DNA from: Fistulifera solaris
Taxonomy: Eukaryota
Assembly: GCA_030295235.1 (NCBI GenBank)
Contig: AP026132.1
Span: 1,302,001 to 1,339,199, forward strand
DNA length: 37,199 bases
Direction of reading: 5' to 3'
Notes under the pieces: generated by a model
The model's database searches: none
Seen by the model: only the letters and a program-made list of their open reading frames with translations
Told to the model about the DNA's origin: nothing
Shown here: positions 20,584 to 32,509 of the stretch, piece after piece
Layout of the letters: every line of letters starts with the position of its first letter
Numbering within the stretch: the first letter of the stretch is position 1
Program-made: the position numbers and the translations under genes

Positions 20584-21697
20584 CTACCAATTCAACCACG
20601 GCGTTTGTTCGTCGGCTACTGGGTATCCCCAATACTCCAATGCTTCCTTCATTTGCTCGCAAGGCGCATCCCGCAGCGGATCTTCTGATACAAACTTTCC
20701 CGTAATATCCAACGTATTATAGAAGTAGACGCGCAAATCTTTGTAGAGGCCCGCTTGCGCCGAAGGCAAGTTCTCAGCAAATTGAATGGCGTGCTGACGG
20801 TCAAGAGCATTGAAAAGAAACAAATCGCCAACAGGTAAGCTACTCGGATCGTTCTTGAACTCAGTAGGCAAAAACAAAGATCCTGCCGCGATGACCCGCT
20901 CACTTTCGATAAGATATTTTAAAACATCCTGTTCAGTTTCAGATCGTGCCGCGGCTCCTTCTGCATCTAATCCAAGGCACAAACATGGATAACCGAATCT
21001 GCCGTCATCTCGTCGCAATGAGTAATCACGAATTTGTCGCCAACGATATAACTGCAATTTTTGTGGGTCGTCAAGTAACATCTTATGGAGCGGTTCGTTC
21101 GCCAAAAAGTCATGAATATGCGATACCGCGGTCGATTCCATGCAGATAGCGTGTCCAACAAGTCGCTTCAAGTCAACTGAGAGACTGAGTAGCGAAGAAG
21201 GGAAAATTGATGAGACCTTAATCCGATCGAAGGATGTGTGTATTTAAGGCAACTTACATAGGTAAACTCCAAATGACGTCCACCATACTTTCCGTGTTGA
21301 AGGTCTCATTGTACAGGTTGGCTTTTCGACAATACATCACATGTTCTTCTGTCAAGGCCACTCTCTTCTCGTGCAAGTCCCATACATCCTTTGTTTTTGG
21401 TTGTAACGCTTGATCCCAATATATCGCGACAAAGCGATTGCCGCTATTTTTCGACATGGGAACAGGAGTCAATTCTTGTGTAGGCGTTTCGTCTTCGTCT
21501 GAGTTGTAACGGCCGCGCACATTCATACTGTCCATCTCATCGTCATCGTTGATATTATCATTGTTCGATGAATACTCGGAGCCATCTGCCGCAAATGAAG
21601 AATACAGTCGGGCCTGTGTCATTTGCAGTATTGCCGGTGTGAATGCATGCACAGTCAAGGCAAAATTTAGTAGGTGAAGAATGCACAGAAGCTTCAT
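20584..21697 (-). CDS. Plastid-targeted tandem YCII-like (dimeric alpha/beta barrel) protein, 346 aa, two exons (21258-21697, 20584-21184)
   Basis: MKLLCILHLLNFALTVHA-FTP is a signal peptide with a Phe at the cleavage site. The GT-AG intron at 21185-21257 gives WSLP-ILSVDLKRLVG. The C-terminal domain VIAAGSLF...VGDLFLFNA...HAIQFAENLPSAQAGLY fits the YCII pattern. Confidence 0.72.
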
Positions 21698-22327
21698 TCT
21701 CTTTGATTTGCTTGCAGTGTCGCTGAATAGATTGTTATGCGTAAATTGCTTGCTTTTCCTGAGCTTGGGTACCAAATCGACCTTCCCGAGTGTCTAAGTC
21801 TTAAACTTGTAGAAGCGATAACTAGTCAAAGGCAATATTTGCAGTGTTCCTGGTCGACATCAACCATCAACTATCAAGACATCACAACAATTCTATGGAA
21901 ACGACGTTAAAATTCTTCCTCGCCGTAGCCTCTACGTAGAAATTCGTACCGAGAGGCAGAATTTTAACGTCCTTTCCTTTGTTGCCGTCTTTTCTGCGTG
22001 TGTGCGCGGCGGCGTTATTTTTGGATGGCTCATTTCTCTTGTAACGGTCGACTGTAGGACGAAAGCCGGAAGGAGCGGAAGAGATTCTTTACATAATGAA
22101 AAAGCATCTTACTATGAGAGTCAACTAGAAGAAGCGGTACTAGTTATGAGATTTTGCAATGCTGCAAAACAGCTTTGTAGGCAATCGCATCGACAATCGA
22201 CACCCATCGCAAATCATCGCAACAAATAAAATTATGATCGCCTTTACTGCATCATTCATCCTCTCTCAATAAATTTGAACAAATACTGGTACTGCAATCA
22301 ATCTCCCTGTCGACCTCTAAAAGAAAG

Positions 22328-23044
22328 ATGAGCGCTGCAACAGCCAAGAAAATCGAGAATCCGCTTCTTTCACGCTACCCGAGTCAACCGGCTCTTCCCG
22401 CTTCTCAGCCATTGCGTCAAAGCATTAAACCGTTAGAACCAGCTACGCATCACAATATGCTAATAACATCCAGCAATCCTCCTCCTCCACGAAGAAGTTA
22501 CGATGATGGCCTCATTTTCCCTTTATCAGCAGACTTAAAGCCAGCAATCACCGACAACGGTGCAGCGATGGTTACGACTCCTCCTATGTATGATACAAGC
22601 GGCTGTTGGGTGCGCGTAATCGGTATAGCGACAGACGACCAGCTAAATGATGCGATGAAACATCTAAGCACGTACGGCGCTATCAAGCATCGTTATGGAA
22701 ACGTTTCACCGACAAGCAACATCATTGTCGTGCAATATTCATCACAGTTCGAAGCCATGGCCGCTGCCGCTTCAACCTTCATTCAATTGACTCCCTACTT
22801 TTATCTGGCCGTACAGCGACTGGACGACGCCGATCCTGTTTTGCACCGATTGATAGCGAATCCATCGGATTCTATTTTCGGTGTGGCGCGCAAAGCGGAA
22901 GAGAAGAAAGAGATTGCTATCGATGAGACGGATATATTCTTGTGCGCCCCTCCAAAAAGGAGTTTACTGAGCGGGGGTTTATTGAAAGTCTTCTTTGTTG
23001 GTTTCTTTCGATTAAGGATTGAAGAGTGGTCAGAAGCTTGTTGA
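22328..23044 (+). CDS. Nup35/Nup53-type RRM (MPPN) domain protein, putative nucleoporin
   Basis: 238-aa ORF with a P/S-rich disordered N-terminus, then CWVRVIG...LSTYGAI...SNIIVVQYSSQFEA, which resembles the Nup35 RRM. The C-terminal segment LLKVFFVGFF is hydrophobic/amphipathic. Confidence 0.6.
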   Translation: MSAATAKKIENPLLSRYPSQPALPASQPLRQSIKPLEPATHHNMLITSSNPPPPRRSYDDGLIFPLSADLKPAITDNGAAMVTTPPMYDTSGCWVRVIGIATDDQLNDAMKHLSTYGAIKHRYGNVSPTSNIIVVQYSSQFEAMAAAASTFIQLTPYFYLAVQRLDDADPVLHRLIANPSDSIFGVARKAEEKKEIAIDETDIFLCAPPKRSLLSGGLLKVFFVGFFRLRIEEWSEAC

Positions 23045-23215
23045 GAATCCCTTGATGTAATTTCTAAAGCAAGGCTTACAAGCATGACCTCTATTCGATC
23101 GCAGCTAGAGATAAATAATGATAATGACACTCACGTTATCGATTACTAAGGTTTTATAGATAGAGTCATTTCAGGCAAATAATGAACAGCTTTCAGAAGA
23201 AAACGTCGAACTCAA

Positions 23216-26200
23216 CTAGGCACGGACGCGAGAATGACGCGGACGGCGGACGCCATTGGAAGAATTTTCGTCGTTCACCTCGACATCGAAAGCAGATGCA
23301 GCCGATCGCTTGCGCTGCGAATGCGCTCGCCTCAAATACTCCATTAGATCGCCATCTAAAGGGTTCTGGAAATTATAAGCACCATTGAAAACCGTATGAA
23401 TGTCAATGCCATCTTCTTCCATACCCTCAAGGTCGTGAAGGAGTTTGGGTGTGATGAGAAAGTATTGTCCTGGGTGGTCGTTTGGATCATCATTTCGAAA
23501 AGAAGTAGAATTCGCCACGATTCGCTTAAAAACGAGGCGTTCATTTCGTTCGTCCAATCCTTGATTGATCTCGTCGACACAGCGAAATGGTGCCGCCATA
23601 CTATCCTGAAGTGCCATCAAGTACAAAATGGTAGCGACCGATCGCTCACCACCGGAATGACGGTGCTTCGAAAGCACCTGTGCGTCTGCACCTTCTCGGA
23701 AACTGACCAGAATCTCAATGCCCCAATCCTTGAAATTGTTGAACTCATTGACATTGGCCCTTTTCAACTTAATAGATCCGGAGCATGACATTTCCTTCAT
23801 GTACTCACCAAACTTCCTGTCCAGTTCAGCCACGTTCTCCGAGACTTTTCTTTCCCATAGATTCTTTTTCTTGTTGATATCGGCAAGCAATGAATCCTTA
23901 TTGACCGTCAGATCCTCCAATTTGGTTTTAGCCTCGGCATACCTAGCTTGTAGCTCTTCGAGCTGCCGGAAGATACCATTGTTTTCGTGAATTGAGTTCA
24001 CAACGGCTTCCGCCTCCTCCAACGCTGCTTCAGCTTCTTCGAAAGTGGTCACCTCTAGTGCTTCTAGCTGATCTTTGAGAGGCAAAGCGTTTCCTTCTTC
24101 GTCCTGAAGAGGGGCGAACCTTTCCGCATGCGCCTTCTTCTCCTTGGCTTGCTGTCTCAATCTGTTGTACTTTTCTTGCAATTTAAGCGCGGCGTCTTCA
24201 ATTGCTTGGTATTGTTCTTCCTTCTCTTTCAACTCGGCACTATTAAACACATTTGACTTAGATGACAAAAGTAAAGCACGATAGGTGAACACAACACAAT
24301 ACAACACTCACCTAGCTACTTGCTGGGCGGCCATGGCTTTGCGACGGTCAAGTGTAGCACACGCCTGTAAAACCATACAATCCATCAACTGTCGTCGAAT
24401 CTGTGCATGCGATTCTAGAGCTTTGATGCTGTTTGTCTGACGGTTCGTAAGCGTCTTGAGCAACTTCTCTTTCTCTGGTCCATCTTCTGTTTTCAACGCG
24501 TCTTCGGCATCCTTTAGTTTTAGTTCCGCCCGATGGACTTTCTGTTCAAACTTGACCAAACCATCATACTTGCTTTTCGCGTGTGTCCAAGCTACCTTTG
24601 CCTCCTGTGAAGCGTCTCTCAACTGGATTTCCTGAGCTTGGGCCTCTTGCAGAGCTGGACGACGTTCTTCCATTTCGCGATGCGCTTTTTCCAACCGATC
24701 CTGTAAATCTTTCTCAACTTGAGGGTTGGCGCCCGTAGATAGCAAGTTTGCTCGTTTTGTAATATCGTCTTGTCTCATATTAGCAAAGCCACCGCGGGAA
24801 GTATTGACAGTGTATCGGAACGCACGATCTTGCCCACGAGTAAACAGACAGAACTTGTTGGGTTTTCCACCAGATTGCTCAGGTGCGCGCAGGTTGTCCA
24901 GAAGTTTATGCCTGTCGACGCTCGCTTGGGCTTTCTCGGTTCCAACGATTGCCTGGTGCACCAAAGCATACGACCGAAGAGCTTGTAGCACCGAGTCTGG
25001 ACAGGTGAAGGTTTCGTCCAAGTAGCCAGCGATGCCGTGGTCGCGCTTCAAGGTTTGCATCTTCTGTTCCGAGTAGATTCGATTAATGGGTTCAAGTTTC
25101 CCATTTTTTACATGAATGGTCATCACGGCCGGAACTTTGAGGACTTTGCTGGCAATATCGTACAGACGTTTCTGATCTTCACTCGACTCGACAACGAACG
25201 CCTTCAACACATTATTAGGTGTGTGAAATTCAAGATAGTCCGCAAAACTCTGGTCTTTCATCGTAATCTCAGCCGCGATCGGCCCGTACACAGGCCTACG
25301 AAATTCGTTTCGGTGCTGCTCAATGTAGTTCGCAATTTTGGCTACGTTCGGATCCGCACGCAACACGGCCTGTCGGCGCTGAGACTCATGATCGCGGACT
25401 TTTGCAAGCTTCTCTTGCAAGATCACAGCACTCTGGTTGGCCTCTTCAAACTGTTCCGTGAGCGCGGTGATGGTGCGGCGGACATTGTCGTAATCCCTAC
25501 GGGTATTCTTTGCCACCAGACCCGCTTCCTCATAGGCTTGCTTCAATTCGTCCTTGGATTCTGCTTGCGCGACAGTCTCCTCCAACGCCTTCAATTGAAC
25601 CAGGCACTTCTGATACTCGTCTTTACGCTTTTGTCGGAGCTGTGAGAGACTCATGATCTCGTTCATGATCGTTTCGATCTCATCATCGTGTTTGGTAAAC
25701 TTATCAATCTGTTTCTTCATGTCCGCAGTGTGGCGCTGAATGGTAGCATCCATATTGCGCATGACCCCTTCAGCCGTCTTGACATGCGTTCCAAGGCGTT
25801 CCACTTCGTCGCGCAGAGGCTGAAAGTCCTTTTGGGCTGCTTGCATTTCTTCTTTTGCCCTGGTTTTGTCCTCTTTCGCCTGAACAGCCTTGTCACGGGT
25901 GTGTTCAAAGTCCAACCACACTAGCTTTTGTTTGAGAAGTTTCGCTTGTTCTTCGGCGCGCTTTCGATCTTCCATGCGTTCCTTTTCGCGTTCCATGGGT
26001 TCAAGTTGTTGTTGCAAACTCTCGACTTCTTTCTTGACTGTATCGACCTGTCCTGCGGAATGAACGATCTTTTCTTCCGCCTCGATGAGTTCCTGATGCG
26101 TCCGGTAGGACTGCTGCCCTGCCCAAGTTTTCTGCGTCTCAATCAATCGCTGCTGATCTGTGAGACCGGAGAAATCTCCAACTCTGTCCTGCGGGAGGAA

Positions 26201-26647
26201 GGTGCAGAGATTATCAATCGAAATGTTGTATCCTTCCGTCACCAACTTTTGCAGTTCCTTGAGCTTGGCTTGTCGTCCATTGATGTAGCAGATGCCTTTC
26301 TTATTTGCTTCATCCGAAGTAAAGACTCTTTTCAAAACGTGCGTTTCTTCTCCTTTGTGCGGCGCTAAAGTGATTTCGATCCATCCGCTCTCGCAATTGT
26401 GTCTCACAAACGAATGCAATTGATCCGCTCGACCGAGAAGCTTGGGATCTCCTCCTAATCCCAGGCAAATAGCGTTCAGCACAGTCGATTTACCGGTTCC
26501 GTTAGCCCCAACGACGATGTTGAGTCTTGGTTTCGGCTGAATGACAGCATTAGCGTGCGTCATGAAGTTATGCATGACAACTTTGACGATCGAGCCGGGT
26601 TTGTATTCGACTTGCGTCTCGTCGTCATCATCGCGTCGATCGTTCAT
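23216..26647 (-). CDS. SMC5: Structural maintenance of chromosomes protein 5, 1119 aa, two exons (24312-26647, 23216-24239)
   Basis: Walker A GANGTGKS, NLCTFLPQDRV Q-loop, long coiled coils with a hinge, HSGGERS signature, PFRCVDEINQGLD Walker B and QYFLITPK. The GTGAGT...ATAG intron at 24240-24311 restores the frame (3360 nt). Confidence 0.95.
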
Positions 26648-27523
26648 TTTCAATCACAATGAAAATGTGATATGCAAAGAGAAGGTACTATTGATTCGTT
26701 TTCAGTTCGTCAAGGAAAGGAAGAAGCAACTCGTCGCGGTTGCAAGAATGTCATTGCATGAGGAAAAGGGGAGGGAGATTTTTATTGCGAAACGATGATC
26801 GAGAGCGACGATGAGGCAGGAAATTTGAACTGCTCTATTGTCGAGTAGGCATGGCTCGCGTGCGCGTCGGCCTGGCCGGCGGATAGCATTTGCAGCCGCG
26901 AGCCGCGAAGAGCGAAGACCCTCCTCAAGCAGTCCTCATCAAAGATCAAAGTCTCAGTCGGTTGATGATGATTCATTCATACAGTACCTGCTACAGAAAT
27001 TCTGCAGCTGGTCCAGAAATTCTGGACCTCCTCGATTGTTGATCATACAGTAATTCTGTAAGAGGTCTTGAAATTCTGGACAGGCTTGCATGTCGCATCG
27101 CTACATTATTTACTCGTCTGTCCGTCGGCTCCGCCGAAGCTCCTCCACCTCTCCGCGCCTCATTTCCTTTTTTTTTTTATCGACATCGTCCAACGCAACA
27201 ATCACTCATTCAAGTTGTTCTTTACCTCGAGTGCGTGTATTCAATACACTTGGAATGCCAATGCTCTTGCTGGTTTCCTTTTATTATTTCTGTAACCTGC
27301 TTTGCTTGTCAGTTGACGTTGTAGAGGGATTTTTCGACGATGGGGCAAAAATTCGGCGCCCCGCTCAAAGAAGACGAAGCCGTCTCACAGTTATCCTCAA
27401 AAAAGAAAGGAAAGAAAAAGACAAAACGAAAAATGGAGCATTATCAAAGACACTTTTCAGAATTTACTACTCGATGAATCGTTTTTGCTATTGCCTGTAC
27501 GCTCGACTACAGTGAATGCGGCA

Positions 27524-28743
27524 ATGCAATATACAACCGAAGCGGATACACCACATCTCATGCCCGGAACCCATAAACACTTGGGAGGCGCCTATGATCC
27601 GGAAACAGGCTCTATTTTCGGAGTTCCTGCCAACTCTAAGTGTATTCTCTGTCTTCAACCGGTATGGCAGGATGGTAGCGTCACACACTACCAGCCTTCG
27701 GTCATTCTTTGCCCCCAGAAATCGCAGATCAGAAAATGAAGTGGTTGCGAGGTATTGTACACAATGGATATCTATGGGCGATTCCTTCGTGGGCCTCAGC
27801 AGTGCTTTGCGTTAACTTGGCTACACATCAAGTGGAACTACTTCCACTGCCAGAAGAAGTTCACGAACAGCAGAATCCGTGGCAATGGCACGGAGGAGGT
27901 ATGAATCCGACAAAGACGGCCATCTATTGCATCCCTTCGAATGCGAAACACGTACTTAAGGTTGATATGATTACCAAAACGACATCGCTTGTTGATATTG
28001 ACATCACGGCGTATCCCGGTATGGATTTGTCCATACCTAATAAATGGTATGGAGGAATTGCGGGAAAAGATGGTTGCATTTACGGTATTCCGTACCGAGC
28101 GGGCGCTATACTGCAGATTGACGATCAGGGTGCTCGCTGCGTGGGACCGTTTTATGGTCTCGATCGATACAACTGGCATGGTGGCATATGTGTGGATGGA
28201 TCCATCTACGCACATCCCAGTCACGCCAATACAGTTCTCGTCATCGATACGAACGTGTCGCCCCCGCACATCAAAGAACTTCCCATTCAAGTGCACGATG
28301 ATAGTATCGATATTACATCTCAAACATACAAGTGGCTTGGTGGTGCTGTGGGGGTAGACGGCAATATTTATCACCCTGCTTGTGATACTTCGGTTGTTTT
28401 GAAAATTGACATCAAAGCGCAAACATGCTCCACCTTTGGGTTTGCCGGTGAATCTAGGAACAAATGGCAAGGCGGATTACTTGCGCGCGATGGCTGTATC
28501 TATTGTATTCCAGCGAATGGGCAGCACGTTTTGAGGATTCACACCGCGAACGGACGTAACGAAGTGCAATTGCTAGGAGATCTACCTGCTCACAAAGACA
28601 AATGGCAAGGCGGAAGTATGGGAAAGGACGGCTGCCTTTACTTCATACCCGAAAACGGATACCGCGTGCTAAAGATCACTCCTCCCGGATCTATGGCTTC
28701 GACCCCATTACGAGAAGACGACGTTCGAATTGAATTTGTATAA
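27524..28743 (+). CDS. Eight-repeat beta-propeller-like protein (KW-x-GG...G-x-IY-x-IP...VL-x-ID repeats), one frameshift near 27705
   Basis: ORF 27485-27739 (from the ATG at 27524) supplies repeat 1 (HKHLGGAYDPETGSIFGVPANSKCILCL). ORF 27709-28743 supplies repeats 2-8 (e.g. NKWYGGIAGKDGCIYGIPYRAGAILQID, DKWQGGSMGKDGCLYFIPENGYRVLKIT). Confidence 0.75.
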
Positions 28744-29445
28744 GGCCTAATTGAAAAGTGTGTCAAGGTCACCGCGATACGAATCGTACCACATGGCGGA
28801 ACCGCGTAGATTTCGTCGTTCCTACTTTTTAAACAAAGAAAGACGTTCGAGCAACTGGTCGCGCAAAAGACATCGATCATGGCAAGGAATGCTCAGGATT
28901 TTTGGGCCGTTTGACAAAGACAAAGCTTATTCATTGAAACAGACGAGCGCTCTTGAACGACGTGCGCACGTAAAGTAGTTATTCATTCTAGCTCACACTA
29001 ATGCTCGACATCGCGCATGCTCGTAGTAACTCGTAGACTCAGCGCACACAGATCGATGCGAGACGAAGTAAGGTGAAGCGCAAACATCCACCGAACCCCA
29101 AAATCTCTTTCCTTCATTACGGCTTATCAGTAGGCCCATGAATTAATGCGAGACATGTAGATGAAGTCTTATTTATATTGTGGAACGTAAATTAAGCAGC
29201 CTTGCTTATAATGCATCATGAATATTCGCGTCGAATTAAATAAGTGCCTTAATTTTACCATGACTGGATTCATTCATAAGTCGTGAGTAATCTCGTGACT
29301 CCTCGTGATGATCGCGCAACCCATTTTCGTCCGCAGCTCCGCAGCATTTATTTTACTGTATTGCTGCGCATGGGCATTCATTTCGGAAATAGATAATGCT
29401 CCGTTGCTTATGAATGATAATGATTAGCGACAGACGCTGTTCAGC

Positions 29446-31776
29446 ATGAACAAATCTCCTGGAGTGATTCAATTACTTCCCCAGGATGTCATTGAACGAA
29501 TCAAAGCGGGAGAAGTCGTTCAAAAGCCCTCCGCAGCTGTCAAAGAGCTCGTCGAAAATGCGCTTGATGCGGGCTCCACGGAAATCATAGTTCAAGTTTC
29601 GATGGATTGCTTGCGAGAAATTTCCGTTCAGGATAATGGATGCGGCATCTCTGATCTGACTCTCGCTGTGCAGCGACATACGACATCGAAATTACAAAAA
29701 GTCGACGACTTATTTGCATTGCAAAGTTTTGGTTTCCGAGGTGAAGCCTTAGCTAGTATCGTGCAAGCGACAGGACGAGTTCACATTGTCAGCCGAACGA
29801 TAGATCGTCCTGTTGCGTTTCAACAGAGTTTTTCTCCCGCATCGAAGCAAGCATCTAAAAGCAACACCGTGTGCCCGCAAACCTGGAACGACCGTTACGT
29901 TGCACGATTTGTTTGCGACCATGAAGCAACGACAAAAAATGACGAATGATTATCCTTCGATTATACAGCTTCTACAAAGCTATGCCGTACTTTATGCGCC
30001 ACGGGGTATCTCATTCGTTTGTCAGAAACTGAAAAAGGCACAACCAGATCTCAACACTGGGTCTATTGTCAAACAAAATCAACAACTATCCGATATTTCA
30101 ACAGAGACGCACGGTCTTTTATCAGTATCGCAGCAAGAGGTTACCAAAAAAGTACTAGCACAGATACATGGATCGCAGCTTTTGGAAAGTCTTGCTTACT
30201 GTGAATCGAAACTGCTTGGTAAAGAATCCCACCGCAAATCAAACAACAACAACACTACAGACAGATTAAACGATGTGAATCTTTCGTTGCTTTCGGACAT
30301 GGCAGGCATCCCAATGCATGTTTCTAATGTTGAAGATGTTGCTCGTGTCGTCGAGGTAGACGGCGAAATATTCTCCTGTCAATTCTGGTGTCTTTTCACC
30401 AAGCCAACCTCGAAACACCTGCAACAGCGTACGTCGTTGAACTTGATTCTTTTATCAATAATCGACTTGTTGAATGCGCTCCATTGAAAAAACGTCTGGA
30501 AGAACTCTACTCGAATGGCAAGCATTTGATCTTTCTTGCCATAGAGGTCCCCCCGCAACAGGTCGATGTAAACATACACCCTACGAAAAAGCTTGTTGCT
30601 TTATTGTTTCAAGAAGAAGTCATTGATCACGTATCCGCTAGATTGAGCACCGCGATGAAAAATCTTGACCGCGGCTTTACTTCTTCCCAGGTACTTGGGA
30701 CATCGTCACCATCCGTATCAAACAGAAAACGTGGACCACCTCACGATTCGGAGGGAAAAGAGAATCCTAGCACTTGCGAAGAAAACGAGGACACAAATGC
30801 AAGAGCATCCAATCTGAATCCATATAAAAAGAAACCTCTCTCGTCGAAACGCGTGAGAACTCATTATACCGACCCACAAGGTGCCATGGAGCCATTTCTT
30901 TTTCAAGAGTCTCCTCACGAGGCAAACTGTCCACTGTTAGGCTCATCTTCCGAAATAGATTTGACTCAACCCGGTGCTTTTGCAGATGTAGCCAAACAGT
31001 GCACATGTCGGCAAACCATTCGCTTACCTCGCCTCAGTTTTTGTCGCCCAAAGAGAATACCGCCCACTGAGTGTACGTATAAATCAATTGCACAATTGCG
31101 CCAACCGCTTTTCGAGCCCCATCCGTACACTTTAAAATTGCGTACGGGGTACCACATTGGAACTGTTTCTGCATACCGGAGTCTGATACAATGCGGCAAA
31201 GAGTTGGTGTTAATGAATCATTATCGCGCTGCAGTTGAATTGTTTTACCAGATTGCGCTATTACGCTTCAACGGTGGGGCCGCAGTAGCCTCCATGGCCT
31301 TTTCTGTGGATATCGCATCTGTCGTGACGGCCGCACTTCGACTTGAGACAAAAGACAGCAATATTATAGGCAAAGAAGCTGCAACATGTCTTTGGGAGCA
31401 TGCAGAAATGTTGCAAGAGTACTTTAGTATCATACTGGCTCTAGCTCCAGACGGTACAGTCGTTCTGAGAGGCTTACCGATTTTGTTAGACGGATGGGAG
31501 CCAATGCCGCATGGTTTGCCGCTTTTTCTCCTCCGTCTTGCCACAAAAGTCAATTGGTCAGAAGAAAAGCCCTGTTTTGATGGCATTTGTCGTGAGTTAG
31601 GTTGGTTTTACGCGGAGCTACCTTTGAAGGAAGACGCAATTTCCAGTTTTGTTCGGCACACCCTCTTTCCGGCGCTTTGCACGTTAATGGTGGTCCCTCG
31701 GTCCTACGTTGATGAAGGAGGGATGATTACGCTGACGTGTTTGGATAACCTTTATCGAGTTTTTGAAAGATGCTAG
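29446..31776 (+). CDS. MLH1: DNA mismatch repair protein MLH1 (~776 aa), two compensating frameshifts (about 29857 and 30450)
   Basis: AGEVVQKPSAAVKELVENALDAG, QDNGCGI, RHTTSKL and SFGFRGEALASI form the MutL GHKL ATPase. VDVNIHPTK is present, as is the MLH1-diagnostic C-terminus LYRVFERC. Three ORFs tile the gene. Confidence 0.95.
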
Positions 31777-32509
31777 TAGAGCGAACATTGGGAGTTGCGC
31801 ATGGCAAGGTCTATTGCTTTTCTATGTCTGATGTTCGATTAACGAAATGCCATAGTAACGAAAGGAAGTATTGTGGCCTGAATAAGATAGGGTGGCGATT
31901 TCAAGCCGCGTTGATTACTGTAACCGTTTAGTTGGTGGGACTTCCCCATGAGTCCCATGACCGCGCATTTCAGTCACAAAGCTCGATTACAAAAACATTG
32001 CCTGATCATTATCTAGGCTCCATTTGTTCTGCCACCTCAACAAGATAGATGATTCATCGCTCTTGTGCTACTTTATACCAGGCATCAATCACATAATCCG
32101 CCTGGATTCTTTGTGTCGATAGTCGATAATCCGTGGAAAATGCTAATTCCCAAAGTACTATCTATTAAAGTGTATATTACTTTTTTCACGACTGCCAGTA
32201 TTTCAGTCATGATTCACTACAATGTACGTACGTCGCACGTTATCCGGAATCTTTTTGAGTACTTTTAACACGATAGAACGTGCCATCGACCAGCTCAGGA
32301 CCTGTTCCGAGAACGTTCACCACCCAACGAAGAAAGTCCGCCCATCAAAATCTTTTCCGCCGTTCGCTGCCATCGCGATCATTCGGCATCGGCTTGTTTT
32401 ATTGCGTTTGGAATGTAAAACGTTCCTCCAACGACGAATCCATTATTCCTTTCTTGTCTCTCTCGTGAAACGTAACACACGTTATTATCTGTTTTAAGCC
32501 TCTGCAAAA

